Assembly: GCA_045642025.1 (NCBI GenBank)
Contig: JAZUIB010000003.1
Location: 1 to 27,599, forward strand
DNA from: Synergistaceae bacterium
Lineage (GTDB): Bacteria > Synergistota > Synergistia > Synergistales > Synergistaceae
Length of the DNA: 27,599 bases
Direction of reading: 5' to 3'
In this document: positions 25,844-27,599 of the stretch, piece after piece
How the letters are laid out: every line of letters starts with the position of its first letter
Position numbering within the stretch: the first letter of the stretch is position 1
Position numbers and translations under genes: made by a program
The notes under the pieces: generated by a model
The model's input: only the letters and a program-made list of their open reading frames with translations
Told to the model about the DNA's origin: nothing
The model's database searches: none

Positions 25844-25877
25844 CAAAAAACGAAGGACAGCAGCCATTCGTTTTTTG
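25844..25877. terminator. Bidirectional intrinsic terminator: CAAAAAACGAA-loop(GGACAGCAGCCA)-TTCGTTTTTTG
   Basis: 11-bp A/T-rich stem flanked by an A-run on one side and a T-run on the other, so it can terminate either strand. It sits between convergent ORFs. Confidence 0.6.
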
Positions 25878-25934
25878 TCGCTTAATTTCAGTTGCCTCCG
25901 CGTCACAAACAACTGTTATATCGCTGTTTTGATA

Positions 25935-26096
25935 TCTATAAAGCGGCACATTGCCAAACATAAACAAAACGTTGGAGAATTTTTGATGTCATTTCCAGCG
26001 ACAATTGATTGCAGCAGCGAATTTTGGTCTGCACGCATAATAAATTTTTTTGAATACTTTGCTTTTCAAAAGAGAAAAATGTGATGAGCAGTTTCA
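25935..26096 (-). CDS. Possible 53-aa ORF (MKLLITFFSFEKQS...) with strong RBS GGGGAGG at 8 nt; protein-coding status doubtful
   Basis: Only the RBS and its convergent position toward the bidirectional terminator support it. The translated sequence has no recognisable features. Confidence 0.25.
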
Positions 26097-26728
26097 TAAA
26101 CCCAACCTCCCCTAAAACTGCTCCATTAGCAGCATTTTCATTCGCTTCATTAGCTTGTCTCCCCTAAAAGAAATTTTCTGTCTCCGAACTCAAGTACTAC
26201 GACAAGAGACAAGTCATTTGAGACCATATCTATATATGGCTTGTGGTAAATTGTAACCTTTAGTTCACAGATTTAAATTTTGTTATTTCCTTCACTACAA
26301 CCCAATTTTTGAGAGATTCACAGCATTTGTCTGTAACGGTCAATATGTTTACATTTCGATTTATCTTAAGCTGTTTCATACACTTCCCCAACAGGACATT
26401 TGCCATAAATTTCCCTCTGTTCCCCAGATGTGCTCATTGTCATAGTGGCTCAGGATAGTGCATCGAGGCTACTCAAACCAAACCTTTCCTACAGTTCTGC
26501 ATGCGCACATCTATCGTTTCCACATAACCTGCATCAGTCATTAATATTGTGCTCAGCCTGTTGCGCTAAAATACAGCCACCTTTTCCGACATTGAAGAAA
26601 TTTATTATAAGTTTGTCCGACACCATAGCAGCTGCAGAACAAATAATTGCAACTGTCAATGCACACAAAACAGCCAAAGATATTCTTAGCACTCATTTAA
26701 TATTCAGTCAAAACACCTTCTGGCAAAA

Positions 26729-26757
26729 TATAAAAAAATCCGCGGATAACCGCGGAT
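26729..26757 (-). terminator. Intrinsic terminator of the tRNA operon: hairpin ATCCGCGG-ATAA-CCGCGGAT followed (minus strand) by TTTTTTTATATTTT
   Basis: 8-bp GC-rich stem 8 nt after the tRNA-Met 3' end, with a 7-T run. Confidence 0.75.
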
Positions 26758-26765
26758 AAATTTCA

Positions 26766-26842
26766 TGGTGGCGCTGACTGGACTCGAACCGGTGACCGAT
26801 CGGGTATGAACCGATAGCTCTAGCCAACTGAGCTACAGCGCC
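26766..26842 (-). tRNA. tRNA-Met (CAT), elongator type, CCA encoded
   Basis: Reverse complement reads GGCGCTGTAGCTCAGTTGGCTAGAGC...TTCATAC...GGTTCGAGTCC...CAGCGCCACCA. The cloverleaf has anticodon loop UUCAUAC. It resembles Bacillus elongator tRNA-Met; tRNA-Ile2(LAU) cannot be excluded. Confidence 0.85.
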
Positions 26843-26847
26843 ATATT

Positions 26848-26924
<77 letters not shown>

Positions 26925-26941
26925 ATTTACAAAACTCTCCT

Positions 26942-27027
26942 TGGTGCCGAGAGCGGGACTCGAACCCGCACGAACTTGCGTTCAGCGGATTTTAAGTCCG
27001 CAGTGTCTACCATTCCACCACCCCGGC
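26942..27027 (-). tRNA. tRNA-Leu (TAA), long variable arm, CCA encoded
   Basis: Reverse complement reads GCCGGGGTGGTGGAATGGTAGACACTGCGGACTTAAAATCCGC...GGTTCGAGTCCCGCTCTCGGCACCA. The anticodon loop is CUUAAAA. Length is 86 nt. Confidence 0.9.
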
Positions 27028-27041
27028 GCTCAACGAAGAAG

Positions 27042-27069
27042 ATTATACCAAAAATTTATACTCCGTCAA
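27042..27069 (-). promoter_or_regulatory. Strong sigma-A promoter for the tRNA operon (-35 TTGACG, 16-bp spacer, extended -10 TGgTATAAT), with A-rich UP-like region upstream
   Basis: Minus strand reads acTTGACGgagtataaatttttggTATAATcttcttcgttgagc, then the tRNA-Leu 5' end about 14 nt later. Confidence 0.65.
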
Positions 27070-27310
27070 GTAGTTTTTGTCACCCGTTTTTTCTTCGCAC
27101 GGTGATTTCTTGCAAAACATTAGTTGATTTTTAAAATAATATTTAACTGTCATTCACTGCTAAAAACAGCATTTCATCCTGTAATGTCAATGCTCTATGT
27201 CGCATTTACGTTAAAATTAGAAATCTCGCCTCAGTTTTTTTTGTCTGAATTTTGCATTTGATATTTGTTTGGCTTTCCGTTTCTTCCTTCAAAAATCAGA
27301 GGGCTGTCCG

Positions 27311-27510
27311 CAGATTTATATATGGAGGGTGTTGTTAATTTTTGCAGAATTATTTATTTTTTTGTATCAAGCCGGTTGCTTTTTATACCATCTCGTTGCA
27401 GATTTATATATGGGAGGGTGTTGTGAATAAAAACCAATGACTGATAAAAAGCAATTACAAAAAAGTCAATGACTCAAAGAAACAATTACGAAAAACAATG
27501 ACTGAGAGAA
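27311..27510 (+). repeat. Duplicated 25/26-bp element CAGATTTATATATGG(G)AGGGTGTTGT (27311-27335 and 27399-27424) followed by three imperfect tandem ~30-bp repeats starting CAATGACT (27434-27510)
   Basis: Found by direct inspection. It is not coding (only 6-34-aa ORFs). It lies in the intergenic region at the window edge. Confidence 0.6.
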
Positions 27511-27599
27511 TAGATACAAAGAAAGGAGAATTGCGATAAACCGCAATTTTCATCCTAACAGCAAAATCAACCGTTTTCTGTTTTGTTTTCCTTGCTGCA

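Noticed and set aside
25740-26084. + and - ORFs of 69-75 aa overlapping the bidirectional terminator
   Set aside because: They span the terminator hairpin. They are superseded by the better-supported 47-aa Cys4 ORF (+) and the RBS-bearing 53-aa ORF (-).
26430-26759. 109-aa + ORF
   Set aside because: It has no RBS, reads straight through the strong tRNA-operon terminator hairpin, and ends at the tRNA. It is not credible as coding.
27434-27510. Tandem ~30-bp repeats considered as a CRISPR array
   Set aside because: There are only three units. The repeats are imperfect and contiguous with no unique spacers between them. Unit length is too short and no cas genes are present. It is not CRISPR.

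Overview
The window reads as a low-GC Gram-positive (Firmicutes-like) chromosome segment: GGAGG-type ribosome-binding sites, tRNAs with encoded CCA, and an Enterococcus-style ntp operon. It splits into two very different halves.

Right half (about 16.1-27.6 kb, roughly 50% GC by eye):
- A complete nine-gene V-type ATPase operon on the minus strand, in the order ntpF-I-K-E-C-G-A-B-D (16127..24793). Several start/stop codons overlap, and a perfect palindromic terminator follows ntpD.
- The K-ring proteolipid keeps the residues that coordinate Na+ in the Enterococcus hirae enzyme.
- Divergently transcribed on the plus strand: a flavin-reductase-like gene and an unannotated 47-aa Cys4 mini-protein, closed by a bidirectional terminator.
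- A minus-strand tRNA operon, Leu(UAA)-initiator fMet-elongator Met, with a near-consensus extended -10 promoter and an intrinsic terminator.
- The window edge carries duplicated 25-bp elements and three tandem ~30-bp repeats.

Left half (about 0.4-15.3 kb, roughly 36-40% GC by eye):
- It is separated from the ATPase operon by about 870 bp of AT-rich, ORF-poor spacer that holds a consensus TTGACA-18-TATAAT promoter.
- Twenty minus-strand genes are packed here, all encoding small secreted or membrane proteins, in at least three transcription units punctuated by hairpin terminators.
- The most promoter-proximal gene is an SPFH/band-7 protein of the YdjI/COG4260 type, fused to five C-terminal double zinc ribbons. 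It is followed by a 4-TM/coiled-coil membrane protein.
- After that comes a run of paralogous proteins built as N-terminal cytoplasmic zinc ribbon, then one TM helix, then a variable outward-facing module. The modules seen are bacterial SH3, discoidin/F5-8 type C, Sel1 repeats, GYF-like DUF4339 with 4 TM, and a basic tail.
- Interleaved with these are a TM-anchored L,D-transpeptidase, two secreted tandem-SH3b proteins, a His-rich/PDZ protein, two DUF805 paralogs with C-terminal zinc ribbons, and several small secreted proteins.

I read this as a possibly undescribed envelope or peptidoglycan-associated module array, built on a PspA-less YdjG/H/I-like core and wired together by zinc-ribbon modules. 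No CRISPR array, transposase, integrase or reverse transcriptase was seen. Family assignments rest on motif recognition by eye, and the ORF track uses alternative start codons, so several starts were re-derived by hand.
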